NCBI GenBank assembly: GCA_965237955.1
Contig: OZ250169.1
Span: 1,952,001-2,016,000 of the forward strand
Source of the DNA: Candidatus Marinacidobacterales bacterium
Lineage (GTDB): Bacteria; Acidobacteriota; Vicinamibacteria; Marinacidobacterales; SMYC01
Length of the DNA: 64,000 nucleotides
Direction of reading: 5' to 3'
Under the pieces are notes generated by a model, which had not been told where the DNA came from, made no database searches, and worked only from the letters and a program-made list of their open reading frames with translations. Below, piece by piece: positions 39,171-50,230 of this stretch. The position numbers and the translations under genes are program-made. Position 1 is the first letter of the stretch, and each line of letters begins with the position of its first letter.

Positions 39171-40129
39171 TGGCCGTCATGCCGTCGAAATATTCCATCC
39201 AGCCGCTCGAGCTCGACGGTCTCGACACGTACCCACTGGCCTCGCGCGCAAGCAAAGTGGGTCGGGAGCAGCTCGGGAAGGCTCCCGCGCCGGGCGCGAG
39301 CTTCAGCGATTTCTGGAATGGCCTTCCGGACATTCTTGCGGCCAAGGCTCTCCGCGAGCTGGTGCAACGGATGCAGGAGGCACGTTCGCGTGAGCGCGCG
39401 ATCGTGTGGGGTCTCGGCGCCCACGTGATCAAAGTCGGGCTGTCGCCGCTCCTGGTCGAGCTCATGGACAGAGGATTCGTTTCCGGGCTCGCGCTCAACG
39501 GTGCGGGCATCATCCACGACTTCGAGCTCGCGATGGTCGGTCAGACGTCGGAGGAAGTGGCCGATGGTCTCGGAGAAGGCAAGTTCGGTATGGCCGAGGA
39601 GACGGCAACGTTACTGAACGAAGCGATCAAGAGTGGCGCCGTGAACGACATCGGGCTCGGCGAAGCGGTGGGGGCGCTTCTCGACGGGGAAGACCCGCCT
39701 CATAAACAGATCAGTCTTCTCTGGAACGCGTATCGGCTTTCGATCCCGGTCACGGTCCACGTGGCGGTCGGCACCGACATCATCCACATGCACCCGCAAG
39801 CGTCGGGCGAGGCGATCGGTCAAACGAGCCTGCACGACTTCAAACTGTTCGCGAGTGTGGTACGTAGTCTGAACGATGGCGGGGTTTATCTCAACGTCGG
39901 CTCCGCGGTGCTGTTGCCGGAAGTCTTCCTCAAGGCGGTGAGCGTCGTACGGAACCTCGGCCACCCGCTCACCGATTTTTCGACGGCCAACTTCGACTTC
40001 ATTCGGCACTATCGGCCGCGCGTGAATGTCGTCGAGCGGCCTGTGACCGGAAGCGGCAGAGGCTTCGAGTTCGTGGGCCACCACGAGCTGATGCTCCCGC
40101 TCTTGGCAGCGGCCCTAATAAGCTCTTGA
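39170..40129 (+). CDS. Conserved hypothetical protein, deoxyhypusine synthase-like fold
   Basis: GAHVIKVGL, NGAGIIHDFE, GTDIIH, GSAVLLPEVFLKA and GHHE; start overlaps the gmhA stop. Confidence 0.7.
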   Translation: MAVMPSKYSIQPLELDGLDTYPLASRASKVGREQLGKAPAPGASFSDFWNGLPDILAAKALRELVQRMQEARSRERAIVWGLGAHVIKVGLSPLLVELMDRGFVSGLALNGAGIIHDFELAMVGQTSEEVADGLGEGKFGMAEETATLLNEAIKSGAVNDIGLGEAVGALLDGEDPPHKQISLLWNAYRLSIPVTVHVAVGTDIIHMHPQASGEAIGQTSLHDFKLFASVVRSLNDGGVYLNVGSAVLLPEVFLKAVSVVRNLGHPLTDFSTANFDFIRHYRPRVNVVERPVTGSGRGFEFVGHHELMLPLLAAALISS

Positions 40130-40137
40130 TCCGAACA

Positions 40138-40190
40138 CCCCTCTCCCGCGTGCGGGAGAGGGTGCCGGCCGCAGGCCGGCGGGTGAGGGG
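40138..40190. repeat. REP-like double hairpin between convergent genes
   Basis: CCCTCTCCCGC-GT-GCGGGAGAGGG followed by GCCGGCC-GCA-GGCCGGC. Confidence 0.7.
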
Positions 40191-40256
40191 TGCTCCAAAT
40201 AACTCGTGAGATCTCGAAGAGTCGATCGCCCGTTGCCACTAGCCACCCCCGGCCCT

Positions 40257-41300
40257 TCATGGCGTTTCTGCCTTGCTCTTTCGATCCCAGCGAAATCCGA
40301 GCTGGAACGCGAAGGTGAAATCCGTTGAGACGTCCGAGAGGTCTTCGACGAAGCGCCATTCGTACACGAATCGATCGGAATAGCGCCACCGGAGCCCGAG
40401 AGCGAGCTGCTGCGCTCCTTCATTGAAGATGGGTAGCTCGCTCTCGACGAAAGGCCGCACGTGGTCGAACTGCAAGTGAGCCGTCATCCGGGGTTTGAGC
40501 CTCAAGTCGAAGCCCACCATGAACGAGAAGAAATTCTTGACTCGAAAAGCGTCCGGTTGACCGAGGAAGTGAAAGTTGGCGTTCGTATAGAACGCCCAGC
40601 GATCGGTGATCCGGTCGAACGCCGCGCCGACGCCGACGTCGGTGGCACCGCTCCCGCTCAATGTCTCCGGATTCCCCGTGGGGAGCTTGAGGTCGCTTCG
40701 AACGGCGACAGCGTAGCGTTCTTTCTCGAAGAGCGTCTTTTTGAAATGAACTGTAATGTCGCCAACAGTGGTGAGGCTCTCGTCCCCCAGAAACGGTGTG
40801 CCTCCGTTGGTGATGAGCTCGTAGCGAGTCTGCCCGTTCTCGGTCTGACCGCGGAGGAAGTTAGGGAGGCCGAACAAATTGTGAAAGCCGCCCACGAATG
40901 GATCGAGAAAGCCACCGTAATAGATGTAGAAAGGGATCGAAACGCCGAGCTCCATTCGCTTTGGTAGCCCACGTTTGAGCTCGACCTGGGTTCTCAGATA
41001 TTCGAGGTCGAGGTAGAGGATCTCGTCGTCGGACTCCTGGGCGCTAATAATGTTGGAGTAGTCGAAGCTGACGTCGAGGGCGGTTCGTCCGTTGGCCAGC
41101 GACGACGCTTTGTCCGGCGCCAGCGACACGAAGAAAAGCGATACCGGAAACTGATTCCGGCTCGCGAGGGGGCGGCGCCAGCTGGTGTCGGTTGGCTCAC
41201 TCGGCTCCGACTCTTCGTCCGGGGCCTGAGCGAATACGAGCGCCCCTGAGATGAAAATCGCGAGCGTGGTTGTGCCGAGGACGTGTGGTTGAGTGCGCAT
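40257..41300 (-). CDS. Putative outer-membrane protein (DUF3187-like)
   Basis: Signal peptide, RNQFP, GGFLD..V.GFH..FGLP, LKLPTG, GSG, FVED; beta-strand pattern. Confidence 0.7.
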   Translation of the reverse strand: MRTQPHVLGTTTLAIFISGALVFAQAPDEESEPSEPTDTSWRRPLASRNQFPVSLFFVSLAPDKASSLANGRTALDVSFDYSNIISAQESDDEILYLDLEYLRTQVELKRGLPKRMELGVSIPFYIYYGGFLDPFVGGFHNLFGLPNFLRGQTENGQTRYELITNGGTPFLGDESLTTVGDITVHFKKTLFEKERYAVAVRSDLKLPTGNPETLSGSGATDVGVGAAFDRITDRWAFYTNANFHFLGQPDAFRVKNFFSFMVGFDLRLKPRMTAHLQFDHVRPFVESELPIFNEGAQQLALGLRWRYSDRFVYEWRFVEDLSDVSTDFTFAFQLGFRWDRKSKAETP

Positions 41301-41366
41301 GCGTGAGGGGTTTCGCGGTTCCTGGCTGCCACTATGATATACCTCAAATCGGAGGTACGACGCATC

Positions 41367-41624
41367 GTGGAACGCAAATCTGTTGGAAGCGGAGTTTCAT
41401 GGGAAGAAACCTATGGGTATTCCCGTGCGGTTCGCGTCGGCGATCGGATTTGCGTTTCCGGAACGACGGCCACCGGTCCCGCCGGGCTTGTCGCACCCGG
41501 AGACGCGGCTGGCCAAGCTCGCTATGCTCTCGACAAGATCGAAGCGGCGATCGATACCCTCGGCGGTACGCTCGGCGACGTCGTTCGCACGCGCATTTTC
41601 GTGGCTCGCATCGACGATTGGAAA
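41367..41624 (+). pseudogene. RidA family protein truncated by IS1595
   Basis: WEETYGYSRAVRVG..VSGTTA...VVRTRIFV..IDDW stops abruptly at the IS end; C-terminal third is missing. GGAGG RBS. Confidence 0.85.
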
Positions 41625-42529
41625 GGGAATTATAAATAATCCTTGACAAGCCTATGGGGTTAGTGTAGCATGTCTCCATCATGACGTACAAAGCCCCAGG
41701 GCGTGCCGACCGCGAAGGCCTGACGGTTGTTGAACTTATGGACATGTTCCCCAGCGAAGAGGCGGCGATCAAGTGGTTTGAAGAAGCCGTTTGGCACGGC
41801 GAGCGCAGCTGTAGCCACTGCGGGAGTCTGGCTACGAGCGAAGTGCCGAACCGAAAGCCGATGCCCTACTGGTGTCGGCTTTGCCGGAGCTACTTCAGCG
41901 TGCGGACTGGCACTCCGATCGCCAACTCTAACGTCCCGCTGCGCAAGTGGACCATCGCGATCTACCTCTGCCTCACGAGCCTCAAGAGCGTCTCGAGCAT
42001 GAAGCTGCATCGCGACATCGGCGTTTCACAGCCCACCGCGTGGTTCATGCTGCACCGCATTCGCGAAGCGTGGAGGTCGAACGGTGGGACGGCCTTCTCC
42101 GGCCCCGTCGAAGTGGACGAATCCTACTTCGGAGGCAAGCGCCGCAACATGAGCCTGTCGAAGCGCAAGGCGCTCACTGGCCGCGGCACCAAGGGCAAGA
42201 CCGCCGTCGTCGCCATGAAGGACCGGACGAGCAAGCAAGTCCGGGCCAAGGTGGTCGAGAGCACCGACCAGCCTACCCTCCAAGGCTTCGTGATTGAGAA
42301 TTCGGCCCCGGCCGCGAAGGTCTACACCGATGAAGCCTCAGCCTACGATGGGCTACCGAGGGACAGGGAAGCCGTCAAGCACTCAGTCGGCGAGTACGTG
42401 CGCCAGCAAGCTCATATCAACGGGGTCGAATCGTTCTGGGCCACCCTCAAGCGCGCACATAAGGGCGTCTTCCACAAGCTCAGCCCCAAGCACCTACAGC
42501 GCTACGTCAACGAGTTTGTCGCAAAGAAC
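41625..42529 (+). mobile_element. IS1595 family element, right end lost
   Basis: Begins GGGAATTAT at the ridA break; transposase is cut by the IS5 IR. Confidence 0.8.
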
Positions 42530-42553
42530 TGCCTTGGTGCACAACTCCGATAG
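41681..42553 (+). pseudogene. IS1595 family transposase, C-terminally truncated
   Basis: CSHC...CRLC, FSVRTGT, VEVDESY, YTDE, NGVESFW and RYVNEF, then read-through into the IS5 IR. Confidence 0.85.
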
Positions 42554-43616
42554 AGGCCGATAGCTCGCTTGGCCCCGACTCCCATCATCCGATCATCTCG
42601 CTATCAGGCATCCCGAGCGCCGTCATGGTGTTGAGAATCTTGCACCCGATCCTTGCCTCGACTCTCTGTGCCGCCAACCCTCTCGCTCGCATCGCTGAGC
42701 CCACGATAGCCTTGTAGCGATGGAACGTTGTCTCGACTTTGCTCCGTTTGCTGTAGCCCGATTCTGTGTGCCACTTTCGTTTGCCGAGCCGAGCTTGTGC
42801 TGCAATGTTGCGATTGCGCTGTCGGCTGCTCGCCGGCCCCGATGCGAGCTGGGCGCCCTTGCGCGGCGGTATCAGCACCCTCGGCGAGCAATGAGCGCTG
42901 TGATTCTCGATTGCCTCATAGACGCCGCCGGCGTCGTATGCGGTGTCAGCTCTGGCCGATGAGATGGGACTGTCGATCTGTCCGACAAGCGATGCAACCC
43001 GCGATGAATCGCGGGCTCTTTTGCTCGTCAGCTCGCCGGCGACGACTTCGCCACTCTGCTCGTCGACACACAGATGGAGCTTGCGATAGTCCCTGCTCTT
43101 TGGTGCTCTGCGCAGCTGGCCGGCGTGGACAGCGAGACCGCTGCTGTCGATCAAGATGTGCAACGGCGTCTTCTGCTTGTCTTGGTAGAAGGGGACCTTA
43201 CCCAGCTTCGCCTTGCGCCTCGAGATCGTGGTGTGATCGGGCACATCATTGTCTAGCTTCATCAGAGCGAACAACGATCGCAGCAATCCCTCGCTCTGCC
43301 TAGATGACAGATGAAACACCATGCCCAGGGTGACAGCCGTCTCGATGGCGTGGTTCGAGTACTTGCGTTGACGGCCCGGTTTCCTCCTCCTCGGCCGGGG
43401 CGCGTCCCAGTTCACAAGCTTGCCGGCGGTGAGCGAGATCCAGACGGTCAGGCTCCCACGGTTGCGTAGACCCGCCTCATATTCACGCCAATTCCTCACG
43501 CGATAGGCCTTCTTCACATACTTCCGCTGAGTGCGTTTGGAAATGCTCATGGGGAACCTCGAATCCGTGAGTAAAGGACAATTGTGGACCGAGATCGCGA
43601 GTTGTGCACCAAGGCA
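42530..43616 (-). mobile_element. IS5 family (IS903-like) insertion sequence
   Basis: Perfect 18-bp IRs TGCCTTGGTGCACAACTC (42530-42547) and GAGTTGTGCACCAAGGCA (43599-43616); no TSD. Confidence 0.92.
42585..43550 (-). CDS. IS5 family transposase
   Basis: YRVRNWREYE..L..RGSLTVW, PDHTTISRR, IDSSGL, RKLHL, ADTAYD and YSKRSKVET. Confidence 0.93.
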   Translation of the reverse strand: MSISKRTQRKYVKKAYRVRNWREYEAGLRNRGSLTVWISLTAGKLVNWDAPRPRRRKPGRQRKYSNHAIETAVTLGMVFHLSSRQSEGLLRSLFALMKLDNDVPDHTTISRRKAKLGKVPFYQDKQKTPLHILIDSSGLAVHAGQLRRAPKSRDYRKLHLCVDEQSGEVVAGELTSKRARDSSRVASLVGQIDSPISSARADTAYDAGGVYEAIENHSAHCSPRVLIPPRKGAQLASGPASSRQRNRNIAAQARLGKRKWHTESGYSKRSKVETTFHRYKAIVGSAMRARGLAAQRVEARIGCKILNTMTALGMPDSEMIG

Positions 43617-43640
43617 TCTTTTCGTTGGTACAGCCACCGA

Positions 43641-44957
<1,317 letters not shown>

Positions 44958-45135
44958 TTAGGGGCGTATGGGCCGTCCGATTGACAGGCCTCACCCCCTG
45001 TGATAACAAGTCAGGGTAACATTGGGGTTAATCTTATCGAATGCCGACAGGACTGTCTCTAAGCAGTTTTTTCCTCGCTATTCATACCTTCGTTTGCTCG
45101 AGCGAGGCCGAGCCATCTCTCGGGGGAACGCGATC

Positions 45136-46974
45136 ATGATGAGAACTCGCGCTGCCATCATCTTCATAATTCTCGGATGGGTCCTCGCTTTCAACGCCTC
45201 TGGGGAAGCGCTGCCGCGGGCCGGGGAAGCGCCTCCGCGGGCCGGAATCGAGCTCGGAGGAAGCGTCAGTGACGAGCTCGGGCAACCGCTCGTGGGCGCC
45301 GTCGTCTCCGTTTTCGGAAAAAATCTAGCCGATGGGGCGCTCATCGCCGTCACCGACGCGTCCGGCCAGTTCCAGCTCGAAAGTGTCCCGCCGGGGCTGT
45401 ATCGGCTCCGCGCATACCTTTCCGGATTCCTGCCCTCGTCCTACGCCAAAGTCATCATCGAAGAAGGTGTGGAGCAAGTGGGCGCGGTTTTGATGAGTCT
45501 CGCCGCCCTCGACGGCGCCGAGGAAGCATCGGACGAAGCTTCGAGTAACTCTGGGAATAACTCTGGGCCCGATCGCAAGCGCACGCTCGCCGAGTTGAAC
45601 TGGCTCGTGGCCCACGGCGATCGCAACGTCTTGAAGAGCGACGATTGGGAGCTTCCGGTCGCGTCGCTCGAGCGCACTGAGACTGACACGCTTGCCGCTG
45701 ACGAGCCGACGTTCGCGTTCAGCGGAGAATTCGGCGTGCGCGCCGCGGCCTACGACCAAGGCCTCGACGAGTTTCCGGGAGGTGGCGCCGGGCTCGACGC
45801 GCGCCTCGCGTATGCGCGGCTTCATATCCCGACCAAGAACGACGGTCGCTGGCTCGTGAGCGCGCAAGTGCTGGAATCGGCGCTGTCGTCGTGGGCGGGC
45901 CGCGCCGACTACGTCAAAGGCAACCTCGCCGGGCACAAGCTCGGAGCCGGCGTCACGTACGGGAACTTCCTCTACGGCGACCTCGAGGATTTCCGGCCGC
46001 CAGAGGCTGCGCTCACGCGCCGCCGCGACCGTCCTGTCGGGCAGCGGTCCACCGAATGGTTCGGCTCGGTCTACGCTTCGGATTCGTTTGCGCTCGGCTC
46101 GGCTTCGATCAACGCTGGCATCGCGTATGAATATTTCGGTTTCCTGTCCAAGTCGGGCTATGCGGCTCCTCGCGTGGAAGTCGCGCAACCGTTGGGCGAG
46201 ACAGGACGAACCGTCGTCAAAGGGGCTGTCGACTACCGTGTTCTCGCTCCCGGTGGAGAGGACATCGGCCTACTTGCCCGCGTTGCGTTTGGAGACGTCT
46301 ACGGTCCGTCGCAGTCTCTCGGCTCCTCCTCCTCCTCGTTGCGTGCGGAGAGCACGGCGCGCTTTCAACTCGGGCTGGAGCGACAACTCACGAGTCGCAC
46401 CCGCATCGGCGTGCGGATGTTTCAGGAGAATGCTCACGACCAGCTCGTCAAGGTTTACATGAAAGACACGCTCGAAGGAGCCGGGGCGGGTCATTTCACC
46501 GTGGGCAACAAGGGCGATTTCAGAACCCGGAGCGTCGGGCTCATGGTCTCCCAGAGCTTCGGTGCGATGGAAGGCTCGATTGGATACACGTTCGGCATGG
46601 GCCGCGCGTTGTCGCCTCGGCTTCTCGGCGTTTCCTCTCCTACCGACAAGGAGATCCACGACGTGACCACCGCGGTGGCCACCTCGATCGATCGGACGAG
46701 AACGCGGCTGACCGCTCGGTATCGCTTCGTCAGCCATCCGACGTTCGCCGCCAGTCGAGACGGATTTGCTCCCGGCACCACCCAGGACTCACGCTTCAAC
46801 ATCCAGGTCTTCCAAGCGCTCCCGTTCGTGGGCTGGGACGGAACGAGCTGGGAGCTGATGGTGGCCGTGAGAAATCTTTTCTACGACGATTTCGAGAACA
46901 CGTCGGTACTCGACGAGATTGCCGTCATCGACGCACCACGCCGCGTCTTGGGCGGGGTTACTGTCCGCTTCTAG
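45136..46974 (+). CDS. Secreted/outer-membrane protein with a carboxypeptidase-regulatory-like N-domain and a TonB-receptor-like barrel
   Basis: Signal peptide, G.VSD..GQPL.GAVV...TDASGQF...PPGLY; C-terminal GGVTVRF beta-signal. Confidence 0.7.
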   Translation: MMRTRAAIIFIILGWVLAFNASGEALPRAGEAPPRAGIELGGSVSDELGQPLVGAVVSVFGKNLADGALIAVTDASGQFQLESVPPGLYRLRAYLSGFLPSSYAKVIIEEGVEQVGAVLMSLAALDGAEEASDEASSNSGNNSGPDRKRTLAELNWLVAHGDRNVLKSDDWELPVASLERTETDTLAADEPTFAFSGEFGVRAAAYDQGLDEFPGGGAGLDARLAYARLHIPTKNDGRWLVSAQVLESALSSWAGRADYVKGNLAGHKLGAGVTYGNFLYGDLEDFRPPEAALTRRRDRPVGQRSTEWFGSVYASDSFALGSASINAGIAYEYFGFLSKSGYAAPRVEVAQPLGETGRTVVKGAVDYRVLAPGGEDIGLLARVAFGDVYGPSQSLGSSSSSLRAESTARFQLGLERQLTSRTRIGVRMFQENAHDQLVKVYMKDTLEGAGAGHFTVGNKGDFRTRSVGLMVSQSFGAMEGSIGYTFGMGRALSPRLLGVSSPTDKEIHDVTTAVATSIDRTRTRLTARYRFVSHPTFAASRDGFAPGTTQDSRFNIQVFQALPFVGWDGTSWELMVAVRNLFYDDFENTSVLDEIAVIDAPRRVLGGVTVRF

Positions 46975-46979
46975 GTCCA

Positions 46980-47020
46980 CAGCCATCGGCCATCAGCCAT
47001 CGGCCATCAGCCCAGCCAGC
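46980..47020. repeat. GCCATC(A/G) heptamer tandem repeat
   Basis: AGCCATCGGCCATCAGCCATCGGCCATCAGCC immediately after the stop codon. Confidence 0.75.
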
Positions 47021-47172
47021 TCGGCTATCGCGTTGCTTTGCGGTGGTTTGACGATCCTTTACGTTGGATACTGGATCCAGCCCCGTGGATCCACTCGGAT
47101 GGACTTTCTCCACTCTTTTTCGTAAGTTGCTATAATTGAGTGACTTAAATCCATCGTCGTGCGCTGGCGTCG

Positions 47173-47188
47173 CGGTATAGAACTTGCT
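47173..47188 (+). promoter_or_regulatory. Candidate sigma54 (-24/-12) promoter
   Basis: CGGTATAGAACTTGCT gives GG-N10-GC with TTGC, about 25 nt upstream of the kinase start. Confidence 0.45.
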
Positions 47189-47213
47189 TTAATGATTGTG
47201 AGGTCACTACAAA

Positions 47214-50111
47214 TTGACGAAGCGTGATTCGGGGTCTTGGAAGATTCCGCTCGTCCTGCTGACGAGCTCGATTCTGCTGACCCTTGCCGTCCACAACATC
47301 CATCAGAAATCACGCTTCGAGATCCTGGATGATGGCGTTTTTTGGGAAGATCACCAGGGACGCGTCACCGCCAAGCGCTTAGATCCCGATGGGCCGGCGT
47401 CTCGAGCCGGGCTTCAGATGGGTGATGTTCTCGTGCTGCTCGATAACGAGCCTATCGAGGAGGCGGCCGACGTTCGACTCGCTCTCGACGCCGCGACCGG
47501 CGGGCAGCAGATCGCCTATCAAATCGTTCGCGAGGAAGCTCGCCAGGCCGTCGAGCTGACGGTCGAGCCCCTCCCGCAGGGGAACGTCCCCGTTTACTAC
47601 TTTCTCGCTGCCGTCGGAATCTTCACGCTCGGCGTGGGAACCGTCGTCTACGTGCGACGGCGCGGGGTCGCGGCCACGGCGCACTTCTACATGCTGTGTC
47701 TGTTCTGGTTTCTCGCTTTCGGGTTCTCGTTCACCGGCGAACTCAACAGTTGGGACCGAGCCTTCTTCTGGATGGATGTCGCCGGGCTTCTGTTCTTCCC
47801 GCCGATCTTCCTCCACTTCGCGCTGTGCTTCCCAACGAGGCAAGCGCTCGTTCAGCGCCGCCCGTGGATTATCTGGGCGGTGTATCTCCCGGCGGTGGCA
47901 CTCCTCTACGTGCGCCTTACCGGGGAAGTCGCGTTCTTCTCGAACCTGGCGTGGGGAGACCGGCTCTTCATCGGCGCCGCGAACTTCCTCGACCGCATCG
48001 TCCCGGCACATATCGCGGCGATGTCGTTTCTGGCGTTCGTGTCGTTCGTCAACGCTCACCGCACGGCACGGAGCATCACCGTCAAGAAGCAGACGAAGTG
48101 GATCGTCTGGGGGACCGGTTTCGGGACGCTCCCGTTCGCGCTTTTCTATGCCGTTCCGTACCTATTCGGGGTGACTCCGTCTCTGGAGATGGATCTTTCG
48201 GTCGGAGCACTCGCCCTCATCCCGCTCTCGTTCGCGTACGCGATCGTCAAATACCGGTTGATGGACGTCGAGGTGTTGTTCAAGCGGGGAATGGTGTTCA
48301 CGCTGGCAACCGCGGTCGTCGGCGGGCTCTATCTCGCCATGTTTCTAATAGGCGCGAGCTACATGGTGGGCGACGAGCACAGCACCATCCTCGCGCTTTT
48401 GTCGGCGTTTGTCATCGTGCTCCTGTTCACCCCGATCAAGAGCCGTATCCAAAACGCAATCGATCGTTTGTTCTATCGCGGGCGCTACGACTACCGGCGA
48501 GCGCTCCTTGCGTTCTCGAGAGATCTCAATGCCCATCTGGACCTCGATCATTTGTCGTCGCGCGTGGTAGAGCGCGTTGGCGATACCTTCGAGGTCGAGA
48601 AGGTGGCGCTCCTGGTACCGTCGATGGATGGACTCCGCGTCCAAGCGGGTCACGGACTCACGGATCAGGAGTGGAGGAGCGTGCACATCTCGGAAAACTC
48701 TCCTCTGTACGCCCGGCTCGCGAACGGGGAAGCGGTCTATTACGGCGAGTTCGAGTGGAACCCGGCGCACAACGTTACCCGGGGCGAGAGCGGTGACGTC
48801 GTCGCCATCGAGGATTTGCAATACGCCATCCCCTGCCGTTCGCACGACAAGGTCGTCGGCGTCATCCTTCTCGGTCGTCGGTGGGACCAGAGCGCGCTTT
48901 CCAGCGAGGACATGGACCTCTTGGATATGCTCTCCGGTCAAGCGGCGACCGCGCTCGAGAATGCCCGGCTGTACCGCTCGCTCGAGCGCAAGGCAGCGGA
49001 GTTCGAGGTGCTCAAGGAACACAGCGAGAACACGATCGAGTCGCTCGAAGCAGGTATTCTCGTAATGGATCTTTCCGGAAACGTCGTCCGTTTCAACCGC
49101 GCGCTCGAGACGTTGTACGGGCTTCGGCGCGCACAAGCCATTGGAAGGCCGTTCGATACGCTGTTTCCCGCGTCGCTTTGCGACACGCTGGTCGCGTCCA
49201 TGGGCGAGTCATGGTGGACTCGGGGAGAGGCGAGTGGCATCTCCCGGTTGAACCTGAAGAACCTGCACGACGAGGACAAAGTCGTCAAGCTTCAGGTTGC
49301 GCCGTTCATCACCGAGGAGGAGGAGCCCGAGGGGACGATCGTGATCTTCGAGGACGTCACCGCACGGGTCGAGCTCGAGACCCAGCTTCAGCTCAAGGAG
49401 AAGATGGCTTCTCTTGGCCTCCTGGCCGCCGGCGTGGCCCACGAAGTCAACACGCCTCTCACCGGCATCAGCAGCTTTACCCAAATGCTGCAGGATCAAA
49501 CCGAGGCTAGCGACCCCAAGGCGACGCTTCTCGACAAGATCGAGCAACAAACCGAGCGCGCATCGAAGATCGTGAACAACCTGCTCAACTTCGCGCGCCA
49601 AGGTCGTGCGAGCTTCGTGCCGGTCAAGCTCAACGACGTGATCCGCGACGTCTTGTCGCTCTTGGAGCATCAGCTCATGCGCGCGCGCATCCAGGTGCGT
49701 CTCGAGCTCGCCGACGAGCTGCCGGAAGTCATGGGCGACGAGAACAAGCTCCAGCAAGTTTTTCTGAACCTCATCCTGAACGCGCAAGACGCCATGCCTT
49801 CGGGCGGGTGGGTGACATTGACCACCGCTCATAAGGGAGTCGAGGTTGTCGCCACGATCTCGGACACCGGCCAGGGCATCAGCCAGGAAGACATCAAGCG
49901 CATCTACGACCCGTTTTTCACGACGAAGGGCGCGGGTTCGAGCGGTACCGGTTTGGGACTTTCGATCACCTACGGAATCATTCAGGAGCATTCGGGTCAC
50001 ATCAACGTCGAGAGTTCGATCGGGAAGGGCACGAGCTTTTCGGTGCGCTTGTTACAGGCCGAGCGGGCTGAAGGCCGGCCCGCGCTGCGCCGCGCGCGGC
50101 CGAGTCGTTAG
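47214..50111 (+). CDS. Sensor histidine kinase (PDZ, multi-TM, GAF, PAS, HisKA, HATPase)
   Basis: DGPASRAGLQMGD (PDZ), many TM helices, ALENARLY, AHEVNTPL, NLILNA, DTGQG, PFFTTK and GTGLGL. Confidence 0.93.
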   Translation: MTKRDSGSWKIPLVLLTSSILLTLAVHNIHQKSRFEILDDGVFWEDHQGRVTAKRLDPDGPASRAGLQMGDVLVLLDNEPIEEAADVRLALDAATGGQQIAYQIVREEARQAVELTVEPLPQGNVPVYYFLAAVGIFTLGVGTVVYVRRRGVAATAHFYMLCLFWFLAFGFSFTGELNSWDRAFFWMDVAGLLFFPPIFLHFALCFPTRQALVQRRPWIIWAVYLPAVALLYVRLTGEVAFFSNLAWGDRLFIGAANFLDRIVPAHIAAMSFLAFVSFVNAHRTARSITVKKQTKWIVWGTGFGTLPFALFYAVPYLFGVTPSLEMDLSVGALALIPLSFAYAIVKYRLMDVEVLFKRGMVFTLATAVVGGLYLAMFLIGASYMVGDEHSTILALLSAFVIVLLFTPIKSRIQNAIDRLFYRGRYDYRRALLAFSRDLNAHLDLDHLSSRVVERVGDTFEVEKVALLVPSMDGLRVQAGHGLTDQEWRSVHISENSPLYARLANGEAVYYGEFEWNPAHNVTRGESGDVVAIEDLQYAIPCRSHDKVVGVILLGRRWDQSALSSEDMDLLDMLSGQAATALENARLYRSLERKAAEFEVLKEHSENTIESLEAGILVMDLSGNVVRFNRALETLYGLRRAQAIGRPFDTLFPASLCDTLVASMGESWWTRGEASGISRLNLKNLHDEDKVVKLQVAPFITEEEEPEGTIVIFEDVTARVELETQLQLKEKMASLGLLAAGVAHEVNTPLTGISSFTQMLQDQTEASDPKATLLDKIEQQTERASKIVNNLLNFARQGRASFVPVKLNDVIRDVLSLLEHQLMRARIQVRLELADELPEVMGDENKLQQVFLNLILNAQDAMPSGGWVTLTTAHKGVEVVATISDTGQGISQEDIKRIYDPFFTTKGAGSSGTGLGLSITYGIIQEHSGHINVESSIGKGTSFSVRLLQAERAEGRPALRRARPSR

Positions 50112-50230
50112 TCGGTTGGGACAGAAAGCGGCGGGTCGGGCCTTTTGAAATCTTTCGAGAACCCCAAGTCTGGACGCGGATGACGTAAGAGCCTTGGACT
50201 AGAGCAAGCTTCGAGCGAGAATGGGTACGC

